A DNA stretch of 63,980 nucleotides, the filler included, from Sphacelaria rigidula (Eukaryota): the NCBI GenBank assembly GCA_964200075.2. It is 3 parts of 3 records of this genome, joined end to end, with 100 filler letters (N's around TTAATTAATTAA, not from the genome) between each part and the next. Parts side by side here need not be neighbours in the genome. Positions count along the whole stretch, not along the records: positions 1 to 21,687 come from CAXNAA020000395.1; positions 21,788 to 43,468 come from CAXNAA020000396.1; 1 more part is not named here. One strand, written 5' to 3'. Shown here in pieces: positions 11,530 through 25,200 of the stretch. Position 1 is the first letter of the stretch. Each line of letters starts with the position of its first letter. The notes under the pieces were generated by a model. The model saw nothing but the letters and a program-made list of their open reading frames with translations. It had not been told where the DNA came from and ran no database searches. The position numbers and the translations under genes are program-made.

Positions 11530-14500
11530 TGTTCACCGCTGGTTGATGGATCGCAGGTCTTGGGATACGTACAATTGGTGGACTCCGTGAGTGTTTCATC
11601 TTGATGGTCTGAATTTGATCATTCCTCTGTGGGAAGGGCAGCTGGGATGCTGCTATCGGGTATAATGAATAACTGGGGTTATTGTCGAATAAACTGCAGC
11701 GGCTGAAGTCTACGTGTCCATCAGGGGAGGACTCCGCGTAGCTGAGCGGTCTTGGGTGACTGAACTCCACAATGAATGTTTATTGGGTCCGCTATTTAAC
11801 GGCTGACAGATCAAGCCGGGGGTGAGTCGGCAGGATTTATCAGCTTGCAGCATGTAATACCAGCTCGAGACGTGTCTACGAGTACGTCGAGAGGAGCTGG
11901 TTGGAGTAGAGCCCAGGAGATTTTGGGGCAGTGTAGGGCGGGCTGTGGTATCGCTGGTGCGGAAGGCGCGGTGGGTTGATCAACAGCTGGCATGCCCAGA
12001 TAGCCTGTCAAAAACGCGGCGCAATTCCTGCGCGTGAGGGTCGGGAGGATCGCACGAGGGTTGGTTCAAGGTTGTCCCGCCGCGGTCAGGAAGAGCCTGA
12101 GGACTTCAAAACGCGGTGAAAACTATGTAAGGAAGAGACGCGGTGGTCATTGTATGGTTGCAGAGCGCGTCTTGGTGTACGGGGAAGAGTTGATTCTGTG
12201 ATTGAGAAGTAGCAACGGTTTCTAGAAACGCTGTCGACGTGCTGCATTGTGATGGTTTCATCATGTCTGCATGGCGTGGTGGTTCGGTGCTTAGTGAGAT
12301 TCATGGAGTTCGAGGCCAAAGCTTGTTCGACTGCTCAAGGTGTCGCGGTGCCGCAGTGTGTGGTCATCGATGGCCGTGTCGTCCGTGTGCGGGTGCTGGG
12401 TATGCCACACTGTAGTCGTATGTTTTCTTGTGGGAAATCCACCGAGTTCTTACGGCAGTATGGGGATTATGTGCATGAAGTACAGCAAGTGAACGCGCGT
12501 GCGATAGACTGGAAGGCTCAACGTGACGCCGTGCAGCAGTATGTAGTCATCGATGGTCATGTTGTCGGTGTGCGAATGTTAGGAATGCCACACTATGCTT
12601 GTATGTCCTCTAGTGAAAACTCTGCCGAGGTCTTATGGCAGTATGAGAATGATGTGCGTGGCGTACAGGAAATGAACGCGCGTGGGACAGACTGAAGCGT
12701 TCTTGAGGTGCAACCGGTTTCTGATCTGATACCCGCGTATATCGGAAGATGTCTGTGCGCGGCGTTCTTGAATCATGCTCGTGATGTCGGGCACGAGCAA
12801 GTGCTATTCGTGTTGCGCAAGACTGCGTCTTCGGGGGCGGTGCACGGCACTGGGTCTACAGATAGTGGTAATCGGAATGTTTTTCGTCCCCGGAAGCGCA
12901 AGCAAGGACACGGGGCTGCTGTCTGTACTGCTGTTGAATAGAGCGAGAAGGTCAGATAGCACATGAGAGTTCGAGTGGACGCGCACGAAAGAGCTGAACA
13001 CCGCACAGCTGCCGCTGTCTCCGTCGAGGATAAAGCCGGGCAGGAAATGGCGGCTGAAGCGAGTAGGATTTATCCTGCTTGTGCTGCCGCTATTGTTGAA
13101 AAGACAAAGCCTCCATGGGCCGATGAGCAAGCGCTGAGAGGCGAAGGTCCCAGTTTCCTGTTGCCGTCCGACCAGCGCGCGGCTCACAACACGCCTTGCA
13201 TGCTGAGAGCTGTAGGGATGTTATATGCGTTATGCGAGAGAGCAGAGCGAGCTTGGGGTTCGCCATGCTCATGGCGAATCTATCTGCCACACAAATACGG
13301 CGGGAGATCGTTCGGATGATTTGCAGGGGTAACTGCTTGAAGGAGAGGTGGATGCCGGGTTGGTGGATATAGATTCGCTGGACCGAGTTGCGATCGACGG
13401 GCAGCATATAGGTGGGGACCCCCATTGCGTGCTTGAAGCTCCAGGGGAGTGTGACCCGCGTGAAGCAGACAGGCAGACCGAGCTTCAGGCTTGTGATTCC
13501 ATTAGCGATCACGATTACCACGGCGGCGTAGGGCGATGCGTGATGTTGAAGTGGTCGTATACATTACTGGTTACATGGACAGCTTTGACGGGTCGGCAGA
13601 GATGATGGAGGTGTCTCTTCTGTTGCGATGTGTGGTGTTCAGGGAGGATGGTGTAACGGCATCGAGAGGTTGCTGTGCGGGACTGTGCGACTCCTTCTGT
13701 TTCGCCTCTCGTTGATCGGCAAAACTCACTGAAGAACGAGTGTTCTGGGCTGCGCAAGTATTTGTGAGGGGAGGTGGTCTGTCGCATTGGCTTGACGGTG
13801 CGGTCATACCACCTAGTGGCGAGCTGGGCGGCACTTTGAGGGTGGGAGCTGTAGCTGTACTCATGATGCGAGAACGATTGTTCGGGAGAAAGCGTTGCTC
13901 TATGGTATGCAGGAGATTGTGGTTCGAGTGCTGCTCCTTCTCAGGAGCGGGTTGGAGGACTACAGGAACAGTATCACTGAAGGTGCTTGAAGTTGTGGTG
14001 AGCATGGGGTTAGGTAATTGTAAAGCAAGTGCTGGTGTGATTGAGCGCTGGTTGAGAATGAGGAAACACACCATGAATTATATTTTCGAATCGCTTTGAG
14101 GACGAACGAACCTTGTTGCGGTGTGACTTGCAGTCATGTTTGCTGCTGTTTGCGCATACAGCGTGGTAACTGAGCGAGTATGACCGCTTTGCGTGTGCTG
14201 GGTAAAATACTGGCGTGCCAATAAATATTTGGATCTATATGTTGTACTGCCTCGGTGAGCACGCATTATGCACGGTGGTTTCTGCGGCACAAGTCGCATT
14301 GCACGTGCTTGTTGAAATGCTGGCATCCACACGTGAACGTTTCGCTACAGTATCTTACTGATGTGCATGGCGGCTGGCGAAGCGTCAGAGTGCGTCAGTT
14401 TGCAATGTTCTGCTGTTTGCTGGATGAGGTGGAGCCCACATGCTCCTATCCGCACAGAAGTGCAGCGGAATCGTGTTCGTGCGTTTGCGCGTACTGACTT

Positions 14501-15900
14501 CAAGAGATGCTCATTGCAGCTGTCAGCGTGGATACAAGCGGAGAGTGCGAAATGCATAGGGTCGTATGTATGTAGGTTGTACACGAGTGTTTCTTGTGGT
14601 TGAAGATTGAAAATGTGTGCGCAGGCGTCAGTGATCTTTGATCGTGAATCGTCCAGTCATGAAATGTCACATGTTTTGGACAGGCGCGCGAACGGTGTTC
14701 CGCTTCTGTCTGAAAGAGGCATGTGGGTGGTGCGTCCATTTGTCTGAAAGGAGAGGTGCAGGTAAGCCGCAAGTCGTTCAAGATACCAACTATATTTGAC
14801 GCCTGGGTTGATGAACGGATAGGATATTGCGGTCCTGAATGCAAGTGATATATCATATCTGGAAGTATTCTGGGGTGTACTCGATAAGTCGAGTTCAAAA
14901 ATGGTTGTCACTACGGGGGGTCAATGATGGCGGACGTCACGGTCCGTTTGCCGTTGTTGGATTGGTATGCATGGCTTGAAAAACGGTTTGAATCATGGCT
15001 TTCTTGAAGATTTGTCTTCATGACTTGATTGACGAGGTAAGGCTTTGAAGTTTGGACCAAGAAGAGGTGTGCGATGCACACGTTTGTGCGGAGTTGAACA
15101 ACCAAGAGGCCAGCTGCGTTTTAGTCCTGTTGGATATTTCTAGTTTCAGGATGATGTATCGATTGCGTGTTACCCTCCGATGCACAGGTGCTGGACGTCA
15201 AAGATGTGCATTCTGTACGTTCGAAAGCACCTTGCCACGAATAAGGGAAACGAATATTCACGAATGCTTTGGACTTTGAAGTTCGTTAACGTTTGACGCT
15301 TTATTTCCCGGCTTCAAGTCAGGAGAACTTGTTTTGGTCAATGATATGGGAATTTGGCGTAAGCTATCGCTCCATGACTTGAAGTGGTGTAAACATTGAG
15401 ACTATCGGGTGACTGCATGTTCATGATGAATATTTCACATCTCTTGCGAGTTGTTCGAAATTGGACAAGCTTGCATGAATCTCTTGGCGTACACAAGGGC
15501 AGAAGTTGTGATTTAGGGTTAAAATGGCGGTAGTACTAGCCAACAGCGATATCTCAATTTATCAAGGTCTATTTCGACTACTGGTCGGTAGTAAGCGAGC
15601 TCCCAGGATGCTGTAGACTCTGGTCAACTTTTTCCACCCAAGTTTGGTACACGAATGCAATCTGGACAACGTGTGGTAGGCATGGGTACGGCTGGTTGAT
15701 GGATCGCGGGTCTACGGATCTGATCGGTGGAATTGGTTGATCCTCCCTCCATGGGAGGAGCAGCTGGGATGCTGCTCTCCGGTACTGTCTGATGAAGAGC
15801 TAGAGTTCATGTAGAATAAAAACAGCTGCTGAAATCCACGTTTTGATCACGAAAGGAGTCCGCGCAGCGGACTTGTCTTGAGTAAAAGAACCCGTGACGT
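11530..15900 (-). mobile_element. Highly degenerate element, possibly Ty3/gypsy pol remnant
   Basis: Diverged direct repeats at ~11535-11720 and ~15690-15845; faint minus-strand resemblance to RNase H (QLRTNVC) and integrase zinc-binding segment (HSDAS..HISKIL); no intact ORF. Confidence 0.35.
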
Positions 15901-17843
15901 TCGGGGTCTGCGGTTGCACTCATGAGCGCCGGTGGCGGTTGTCGGCAAGACAACAACTGGACTGTGGCGTTCCGGTCTAACGCCAAATTAAAAAGCAAAA
16001 AATATACGTGAGAGCCCACAAAAAAATATCACGGCACTTTTCAACACCGACTTTGCTCGTGGAATTCTCCACCGTGGAGGAGTAGCCAGTCGTAAAAGTT
16101 GGCACACTAGTTGGACACTAGACAGGCACCATGTACGCCAATCAACGGCACGTTTGGCCCATGCGCAAAAAGTAGAACAGCGATCAGCGATATGTTGGCG
16201 ATAAATCGATACGCACGGCTTTCCCGCAGACCAAACTTCATGCCCCAACCCTTGATACGTGTCTCGACACGCTGGTGCACCAGCTTCCACACCATGTGCA
16301 GCTGGTCAGCTGCTGCGCTGACAAACAGCATAGATAGGTACTGGGAGACCCTGTGGATGATCATCATCAATACAAAACTCAGTCATACATCGCTGGTAGA
16401 GGTACTCAGGCCGTGTCTCATCAAAATTTCTTCGACTCGAACGAGTTCGTGCGGCGGAGCTGATTCATTTCGCTTTGCAATGTTTGAGTCCGAGCGAATT
16501 TGCACGCTTTGAATCGAAAAGGCTAAGCGAATTCGTGAAGCGGTGCTTCTTTACTTGTATTTAATAGACACTACAGTACAGACAGTACAGACCGTACAAC
16601 AACGGTGGCGACCTGTACTGTCTACTTCGTAATATAGATGGTGTGTGTTTCTCGCACAGCATGCAGGCGCGATGTGGAAAGAAGAGGGCACCGCGACATA
16701 CAGACAGCACAGCTTTCTGACTCCCTGCATACAGGAGGATGCGAAGCAGATTTGAACCACGAGCGGTTTTGCACCGCCCTACTGTCCATGAGCCAGTTGG
16801 CAATTCGACCACCCACCCAAACACGCAACTCAGTCGGTGAACCCTGCCACAAGATTAGATGCCCAAGTTTTCGCCAACAAGAAGAACCACATCATGCCAA
16901 AAGTGCGGTGGTGTCGGTTTCCTATCACCGCAGTTTATGTATCCCTGCGCTTAGTTCGTGATCTATGCCGCAGGGTTGAGTAGGTAGCTGCGAATGAACC
17001 ACATGGGTTATGCGTATTTCTGTGAAAGGGTTGTATCTGGCACGGTTGTCTGCAACACAGGAGTTCCGTGCCCCTTCGTTCATTCCGTCGCTCGTTTCCC
17101 TCAAAAAAGATAAGCTTCTCTATTCTTGACCCTCCCCGTCGCGCGCATCTAATTAAAAAATGGACTTGAAGTCATCTGAAAATATATATGCCGTGGACGT
17201 ATCTGATACGGCCTCGTAGCGACCAATTCGATTCCACCGCATGTTTTCGAGTCAATTTTTTTTATAAGACACGGCCTCAGTTCGGGAGGTATGGCACATG
17301 CGCAGTCGGCGCTGCAACGCTAAACTTCGGCCACACGTCATGTAAAGCACAGCCAATAGGCCCGTATCGCTGAATCTGAGGATGAGCACTGCAGCAGCAC
17401 GCAACGGGCTGACAAGAGGTCAGATTGTCTTCTGAAAATATCCACATAAATATATTGGCGTATGATTGGTTTGTCCTGTAAAAACGGTATAAAACACAAA
17501 AAGCAAGAAGATACAACTAGTGTAATTTGAGGCCACATTCCGCATTTGAAACACAGCGTGGGAATGCCATCAGAACGTCCACCATGAACGCTGTGGGGTG
17601 ATGGAACAGGGATCCATAACTCAAAGTCACGCACAAAGCCAGTGCACGGAGAGCATCGCCTCTGCAGCTCCCTTGAACATGCAAAAACCGAACAAGACGA
17701 AAAGACAAATCGAGCGTCAACCACACACACAAACACACACAAACACACACACACAAGCCGTGAGTAGGTTGAGTGACATGCAGCAGAACGCACACAAAAT
17801 CATCAAGCCCCCCTCCCGCCTTCCCCCAGACATGCCAACTCAC

Positions 17844-18217
17844 CTCTTTTGCCAAAGAAAGATCCTATCCCTCCCTTGGCTCCCCCGTTCTTGACCCCTC
17901 CGCCCTGGTTACCTCCACCGGCACCGGCTTTTTCAGCACCAGCCGCGGCAGCAGCAGCAGGAGCAGCCCCCTTTCCTTTCCCCCCCTTGCTCCCCTTGCC
18001 CGCGGCACCGGCAAAGAAATCTTTGGGGTCGATTGCCTTGCCCTTGGGTTTGTCCGGTTTCGCTTTGGTGCCTCCGTTTGCGCCGCCGCCTCCGCCGCCG
18101 CCGGTGGTGGTGCTACGACGCGGGGCGAACGGTGATTCTTCCTGCACGTGGACGGGAGGGGTGGGTGCTGCGGGGGGTGGGACGTCGTCCACGGAGGCAC
18201 ACTTGACGCCGCTTAGC
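17844..18217 (-). CDS. POLD3: POLD3-like exon (end of N-terminal domain plus G/K/A-rich linker)
   Basis: caacag|GCTAAGC gives RLSGVKCASVDDV (cf. FSAIQC in POLD3); ends GIGSFFGKR G|gtgagt; phases consistent. Confidence 0.75.
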
Positions 18218-19595
18218 CTGTTGCGTGGAGCAATAAACGACAGACAATACCATGAAGAAAACAGGGTGTGAGGGAAGGGGGGGTAAGGACGAAGGAAGGG
18301 AGGATAAGCAGGAGGGTGCTACGAGTGTAGATATGTTGTGTCTTTGGGAAGACGCCGCGCGGGTTGTTTGCAACAAAAAATAAATGATCACGATCACAGA
18401 CGAGAAAAAAAAGCGGGGGGGAGGGGGGAGGGAGTAGTCCCCCTCTTGGACAAGGAACTGAGAATGAGAACGAGAGGGACGAGCCGCGACGTCACGATCA
18501 CGACAAATCATTCACCTGTTCTACCGACGGCAAAGATGATGAAGATGAGAATGCGACAACACGCCAAGAGATCAGTGCGTCACACGTGAACAGTGCCACT
18601 GCCACTGATGAAAAAAGCTGCTGCAGCCTTTTGGTCAACCATGTTACCGTTTTATTTCAAAATATTATCGGAATTGCTCTCGCAAAAAAAGAAAACAGTA
18701 GAAAAATATCAATTTCGATGCGAGCTATTTTGAGGGCGCTGATTATGGAACAACTCTCCACCTAGCAGGATGGGAAAAAGTACGTTGACCCTCAGGCCGC
18801 GAGGGTAAGTCACCTGCTGAATCGACATCACTATCCACTTGAAAAAAGTATGCCCGATCCAGGTAGAGTAGCCGAACCGCGGTGCAAGGGTCAAACTGCG
18901 AGTCCTGTTCTGATTCTCACAATCTCATCCTCACTGTTTGTCTCGATACTGCGGGGCCTAAATAAATGCTCCTCCGATGTCCAGGTATCGTCTCGTGATC
19001 AAAACGGGGTGTCATAAATAAATTGAAAACAGTTGGGCGGCCCTGGTTTTGCCTCAATTTGGTGGTAGCCGCAGAGTTTCTGATGTAAGACATGATGTAC
19101 GGGAGCTAGAGTAGACGTTTCGTGAGAGGATTAATCACTCCCACGCACCTTGCACCTCTTACGCACGGCAAGCGTGGGGAACATGGATGTGCGTGTCTGT
19201 GGGAAGAGGGGACGAGGGGAATAGGCTGAAGGGGATAGAGGGGGCGAGAATCGATCATGTGGCAAAGTGAGCGGGCCCCTCAGGCGAAATTAAGGTGAAT
19301 GCGGACCTCCCGAGTAGAGCCGAATGTGGATATGTGATAGTTATCATGAGTTTTTTCTTTCTGTGTAAGTGGGAAGTGGGGGGTGGGGGGTGGATGGAGA
19401 CTTGAACCATGTGTTTGAGCCACCAGGCAGAACAGTCAAGTCGATTGGTGGTAGTGTAGTCTGTATAGACACTACTCGTCTTCTTGTCACCAGGTATACG
19501 ACACTCAGCACACAGAACGTGCGACCATCTGTTCGGTATGTCGCTGACAAACTAACCCCGTACGATTCGAGCTCAACTGTGTGATCCGGACTGAC

Positions 19596-19675
19596 CTGTG
19601 TGATCGTAGGCTGGTCCCTGCGTCCGAGGATTGATCCACCATCTCCCTGCAGTGCTCCGAGTCGGTCGCCCACAA
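19596..19675 (-). CDS. POLD3: POLD3-like exon
   Basis: tgcag|TTGTGG ... CACAG|gtcagt; LWATDSEHCREMVDQSSDAGTSLRSH(R); phase 0 in, phase 2 out. Confidence 0.7.
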
Positions 19676-20138
19676 CTGCAAACATAAAGGACACACGCGC
19701 GTAGTGCGTACTGTACAGTGAAGTTGACCGGAAATTTACCACGAACGAAATACCTCGTAGCTCGTGAAGCATCGTGAAGCGCGTATTTTCGATCACCTGT
19801 CACGACAGAAACGAAAACTTTGAAAGGCGGTTCGTGGGGAGGGGTACAAACCTCAACCTCATGAGCAAATGAGAGGGAAACATGAAAATGGAAAAAATGG
19901 TGAACATGAAAATAATGATGAAAATCAACATAATAATGAAAATCAAACTAGTAATGAAGCGAATATAATAATGAGAAAAAAAATAATGGAACTAAAATGA
20001 AGTTAATTAGTATCATGAAGAGGAGGATAGTAGTTGTAGCATCACGAGCGGTGGTGGGTAAATGATACAGTAACAATAACAACAATAGTGACGAATAGCA
20101 ATAACCACACAGCAGCGCCACACAAACAACACCTTCAC

Positions 20139-20261
20139 CTGAGCACCCACGTCAACGTTCGCGTTAGAGGGTTTCGCCTGGACGCTGTACACATGCACCG
20201 ACGTCACGGAGGCGAACGATTTTCGAGTGCTCTCCAAAGCCTCAGATGGGACCAACTTCAC
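20139..20261 (-). CDS. POLD3: DNA polymerase delta subunit 3 (p66/Cdc27)-like, internal exon (N-terminal domain); 5' exons not found in this contig
   Basis: ag/gt-bounded 123-nt exon VKLVPSEALESTRKSFASVTSVHVYSVQAKPSNANVDVGAQ resembles the POLD3 segment ..VVREDKLEAVKSKLAVTASIHVYSIQ..; splice phases chain with the next four exons. Confidence 0.8.
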
Positions 20262-20472
20262 CTGCCACCATTTTTTGCACGGGGCAAGGGGGATGGTAAT
20301 GGAGCACAGTATACTACTCGCCGTAAGTTGTTCGATTCATTTATTTGAGTAATTACCGTTTACCATCACTGCTACATTAAAGTATACGTGATGGCACAGC
20401 AGTGTTAGTATCACATCATAACGGCATTTGTTCTTGTGTGAGTTATCTGCTCGTCACTACCGGGTGAGAACG

Positions 20473-20850
20473 GTCGCCCCGGTGGCTCGGTAACCTCGAC
20501 ACATTCTGACGGTTGGGGCGTGGGTTCGAATCTAGGTGAAGTCACACGGTCGAGGACACTTCCTGGTGTCATGCCCACCAGAGGAGAGCGACTGTTTCGT
20601 GAGTACACGAAATTCGACTTCACGGTGGACTAGGAAAAGATATCCCTGAACCCCCATCTCGCGATAAAGAGGCAGGGAAGTACCGCAGGAGAAAGAGAGG
20701 TAGAGAACTCTAAACAAGAAAAAACAAAAAAAACTCCGGTCTTGACCTTCCTCCTGTGCGACCCCGGCTGTCACGACCACATATATCCCAAAAGCTGAAA
20801 GCTTAGACTGGCGTCCAGAATAGATGAGACGGCAACACACATATCGACAC
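20473..20850 (+). mobile_element. tRNA-derived SINE-like repeat
   Basis: A-box-like TGGCTCGGT (20483) and B-box GGTTCGAATC (20523) followed by non-tRNA body; no cloverleaf. Confidence 0.5.
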
Positions 20851-21687
20851 GTATCTCTCGGCGTGTACGTCGAGACACTGTTGCATCACAGCACATGTGC
20901 TACACCTCAACGAGTGACTGATTGGTTGATTGTCTGCGCTGACTGATTCGCGACGAGTCTAGCCGCGGCGGCACCCACACCCATGTAACGTGAATAAATA
21001 CAATGGTCTCGCGAATCTTCGCTGGTTTGAACCACCCAAATCAACGATTCCTGGGGTCTGATTGCTCGACAAAAGAGGAAGTAATTGTAGGCGGAATCGA
21101 AAAAGTCTCCACGTAAACTTTACGCCACGCCACCTGCTTGGGGGGCGCGTACCTGGAGTGCAACGCTGAAAACATATCCCGAGGATTGATTTGTACCGTA
21201 TGGATTCTTTTTAAAAGTAAGTAATTATCACACGAATCGTTATTCGCCCGACTCCTGAACGAATGGTCAAGTGCTCGCTCACGTAAAACTCGAGAGGGAA
21301 GTATGCGACAACGAAAGGAACAGAGGACGAACAGAGTGCACTGAAAACGACAACGACACAAAAAGAGGCATGAAAAATGTAGAGAAGGAACGGAAGAGAG
21401 GGAAATGAGAACAACGCTAGACTAAGATCTAGTACGAGCTGGGCCAGCCTAAAAACGGATTTAAGCTCTAAAAGCAATATCTCATCGACACAGACGAGTT
21501 GGGCCGTGATCTGCATATCGTGTTAACTCTTTTGGGATGTGATGCCACTGTAAAGATCGTGTGGGGCCCTATCCCTGGCCCAGATAAGCCTTCGCAGGAT
21601 TCCAAATGCAGGGTGGTCGCAGCTCGGTTTTATGGTATTACTTGCACTCAGTATACCGTTCCCGAGATTTTCCGGAGCGTTTTTTGG

Positions 21688-21787
21688 NNNNNNNNNNNNN
21701 NNNNNNNNNNNNNNNNNNNNNNNNNNNNNNNTTAATTAATTAANNNNNNNNNNNNNNNNNNNNNNNNNNNNNNNNNNNNNNNNNNNN
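21688..21787. other. Artificial contig-joining spacer
   Basis: 100 nt: Ns around TTAATTAATTAA (stops in all six frames). Confidence 0.97.
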
Positions 21788-22068
21788 TTGAAGGGTGAGC
21801 TGCATCCTGCTAAGATTGTTCGGCCCGAAGTTTACTGAAATATCTTGCATTTGGATGACAGCCTACAATGAGTTGCTTTATTTTCTGGTGGTATCGCCAC
21901 TTCCCGAGACAGCCACGACTATTAAACTGCCTCATGGGTCTAACCAGGGGGGGGGGAGTTATCAGAATGTCCAGTCCGACTAGCAGAAGCTCAACTTGAC
22001 TTTTACGCCCCGTTCCACCCCGCCCCGCCGCTCCCCTGCTTTAATACTTCATGTGTTGGCTTGGAAAG

Positions 22069-22221
22069 CTACCCAGCGTAAGCTCCCTTCAAAAGTTCTT
22101 GAAGTCCAGGCTCCCCCCCTATGCAGTGCCCCACGTGTGCATCCTACTCGACGCTATTCCGCTCAACATGGCGAGCGGAAAGGCTGACAGGAAACGCCTA
22201 CCGAGGAGCAGCGACGCCGAG
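22069..22221 (+). CDS. NRPS-like exon: adenylation domain C-terminus
   Basis: LKSRLPPYAVPHVCILLDAIPLNMASGKADRKRLP (A9-A10 region with catalytic Lys); aag|CTA ... GAG|gtac. Confidence 0.85.
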
Positions 22222-25200
22222 GTACTATGTCCTTCATACATATATGTCAGATTGCGTAGGATAACACCCCCCAGGTGTGGCGTGTTCGGACCCCCGGGGG
22301 TGTTGGTTAAGGGAGATATATTTCGTGTCCCGTTACAGCACTGCTGATGCCGAGACTGACAGGAAACGCCTACCGAGGAGCAACGACGCCGAGGTACAAT
22401 GTCCTTCATACATATATGTCAGATTGCGTAGGATAAGACCCCCCACCCAGGTGGGGCGTGTTTGGACCCCCGGGGGCGTTGGTTAAGGGAGATATATTTC
22501 GTCTCCCGTTACAGCACTGCCGATGCCTACATGGTGCCGAACAATCGAATGAAGTTTATACCGGGATACTGGGGGGGGGTGTTTTTCAAAGTCCGGCGGC
22601 ACACGAGGTACCGGTGTTGTTATACTGGTGGGATAATCAGTAACATGGATCGTCGGTACCCCATGGTATAGAGTTACTGCGAATCATTCCGAATACTGCT
22701 CTGTATCGTTGTTGATATATATATATCTGTGTGTGAAGATGTCATTTCCTCGACGAGCACTTGTAGGAAGTGTCCTTCGCAACGTTGCTGTTCGCGATTC
22801 TGTCGCTTGGTAGTTCTTCTCTCCCTCTGTTTCTCCTTTTAAGATGTTGAGTGCTAGCCAGGAAAAACACCGGGCGTAACTCGGCCGCCGTTTCGTTGGT
22901 GTGTCCTGCACCGACTGTACCGCCTGCAGGTGCGTTTTGCCCCCGTGAGCACGGTCGAAGACGACCAAAATGATAAGCACCGGGCTGCGGTTGGTCAGAT
23001 TGGAGCGCAAGAGGAGGAAGAAGCCCCAACATCCACCGTTTTCACGCCTACGGAACGGTACGTCGAAAAGGTTCTGTTGAATTTGATCGCACCGATAACT
23101 GTTCCCCGGGGAGCAAAAGAAAAAATGGTGGAACCAAAAGCGCGAAAATAATGAGAAATAGACAAAGTACTGTAGTACGAGCTGGGCAAGCAGTAAATCC
23201 CGCACTCGCTTTGCACACCACAACTTCTCATTTCCTGAATCAGCGCGACTTGAGCATATCGCTGTCAACTGCAGACCAACCTGGTGACGCACGGCACCGC
23301 CGCTGAAAAAAAAAAGGAGAAGAATGTACTACATAATATGTAACCTGAACGACGGACGAAAAAAATAGAATCTATCGGGATTTGAACTCATGACCTCCAT
23401 AACTGGAGTCTCCGGTATCACTTGGATTCAGGGGGCGCGGCCGCGTCACACGAAAAGTGCGATGCGGCGCCCTATTTTAGGAATGTGTGGCCGAAATTTT
23501 ACCAGGATGTCCTGGACGCGAGTGCCCCCAACGTTGTTCGGGGTGCAGCCGTTTTTATCGATTTATCACAGAGTTATAGCATTTTCCCTGTTTTTGCTGA
23601 CACTTCAACTCCTTCTGACTTCGTGTTTTTCCTTTGTTTTCCTCTGCACCCCCAATGGCGTTGCGCGGGTTGATGTTGAAAATGTCGTGTCAAAGTTTCA
23701 GCGCCCAACTCTTCGAATTACCAATCGCATCGCCATTCTTTTTTATTATTAATCACCGTCAGCTGTCCCAGCTCGCACAAGACACATTCTCTCCACTCTT
23801 GGATAATGGACTATCAGAAGTTGCAATGAGGAGAAAAATATGATGCGTAATGTTTTGGCCTGATACTGCAATAGGCAGTAGGCACTGGGTCAATACTTGA
23901 ATCGGTACAACCTTCTATTGCAGCTCTTGATTGCCTGGTGTCCAGGGTCCAGGGTCCAGTTGACCCAGCTTTAAGGACACCAAAATTTAGGACACTTTCC
24001 GCTTAAAACACACTATTTTTTTTAAAAGCAAGGTGCCCCGCAGATCGTAAACATACAGGGGGGGGGATAGAAGACAAACCGCAGAACCCCCTAAAGAATG
24101 AAAAACTTGCCGTATGCGAACGTCAGCAGTAGATTTGATACAGTAGCCAAGGCACTAAAATCACAACCTCATCGCTGAGGCAAGCGCCTGTCTGGACTGC
24201 ACCACAAAAGTATGAGACTGGCGCAAAGGATTCATATTCGTATGGACTGATGAGAAGTCGACAAGAGTTTTGCAATAGCCACATAGATTCACGACGGTAA
24301 AATATATCAACAAAACATCATGTTTATAGCCTTTGTTATCTTCAGCAACATGACGTGATTTTCCCAGCAAATCGTCTGCCTTTCTCCATGTCCTACTGAT
24401 ACCCCTCCCCAAGACGCTTAATTTGACCCATTGCACGCCTCCATTAACCCCGTGGATGGTGGGCTATGGTCCCCCGAACCGTAATGGCACGTCCATGGGA
24501 TAAGAACACCTTTATAACAGAAGCCCGTGTGTCCTTAAGACGGGGTCGACTGTACATGCTCGCGCTTTTGTGTAAGATGATTGACTGGCCTATGTTGCTC
24601 CTCGTGTTTTTTCCCTTCGTCCTTCGGAGGTGTTTGCGATGCGTGTCGCTCTCACGTCTTCTGCTGCATGTTGTGGTGGTTTGATATTTGGTATTCAACA
24701 GTGAACGATTTCCTCATACATATTTTTTTCTTCCCAGATAAAGGTCGCAAAATACCTTGTTTCGCGTTTTTTTCACCTGGTGGTGACTTGCTGATGGATG
24801 CAACCGCAGCGGAGCACTCGAATTGAGGCACCGGGCCGATTCACGGCTAGCGCTTGATTTATGTAATGTCTCCCGCCAATACTCATGTGTCCTGAGACCA
24901 TGACTAGATTCGTAACATATGTGTTATTGCGGGATAAAATTTTGGCAGTGTGGGGCATTCATAGTTGAAGGGGGCATTCGGAATGTGAGAATTGAATAAA
25001 TATACCAACGTTTATAAATGTTTTTGAAAAATAGATGTTGGATGGGCTGATTAGTTGCTTGATTTGGTGCATGCTTTCGAGTGAAGCTGCGATAGTCCCC
25101 CCCCCCCCTCCCCGCATACCACACATACCACACACAAACCAGCGCCAAAACTGCCTCGAAGGACATGGTCATACAGTGCGTAATGGGTGGTTTCAGCCTG

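Noticed and set aside
20473-20545. tRNA gene
   Set aside because: A/B-box-like motifs only; no acceptor stem or cloverleaf, so treated as a SINE head
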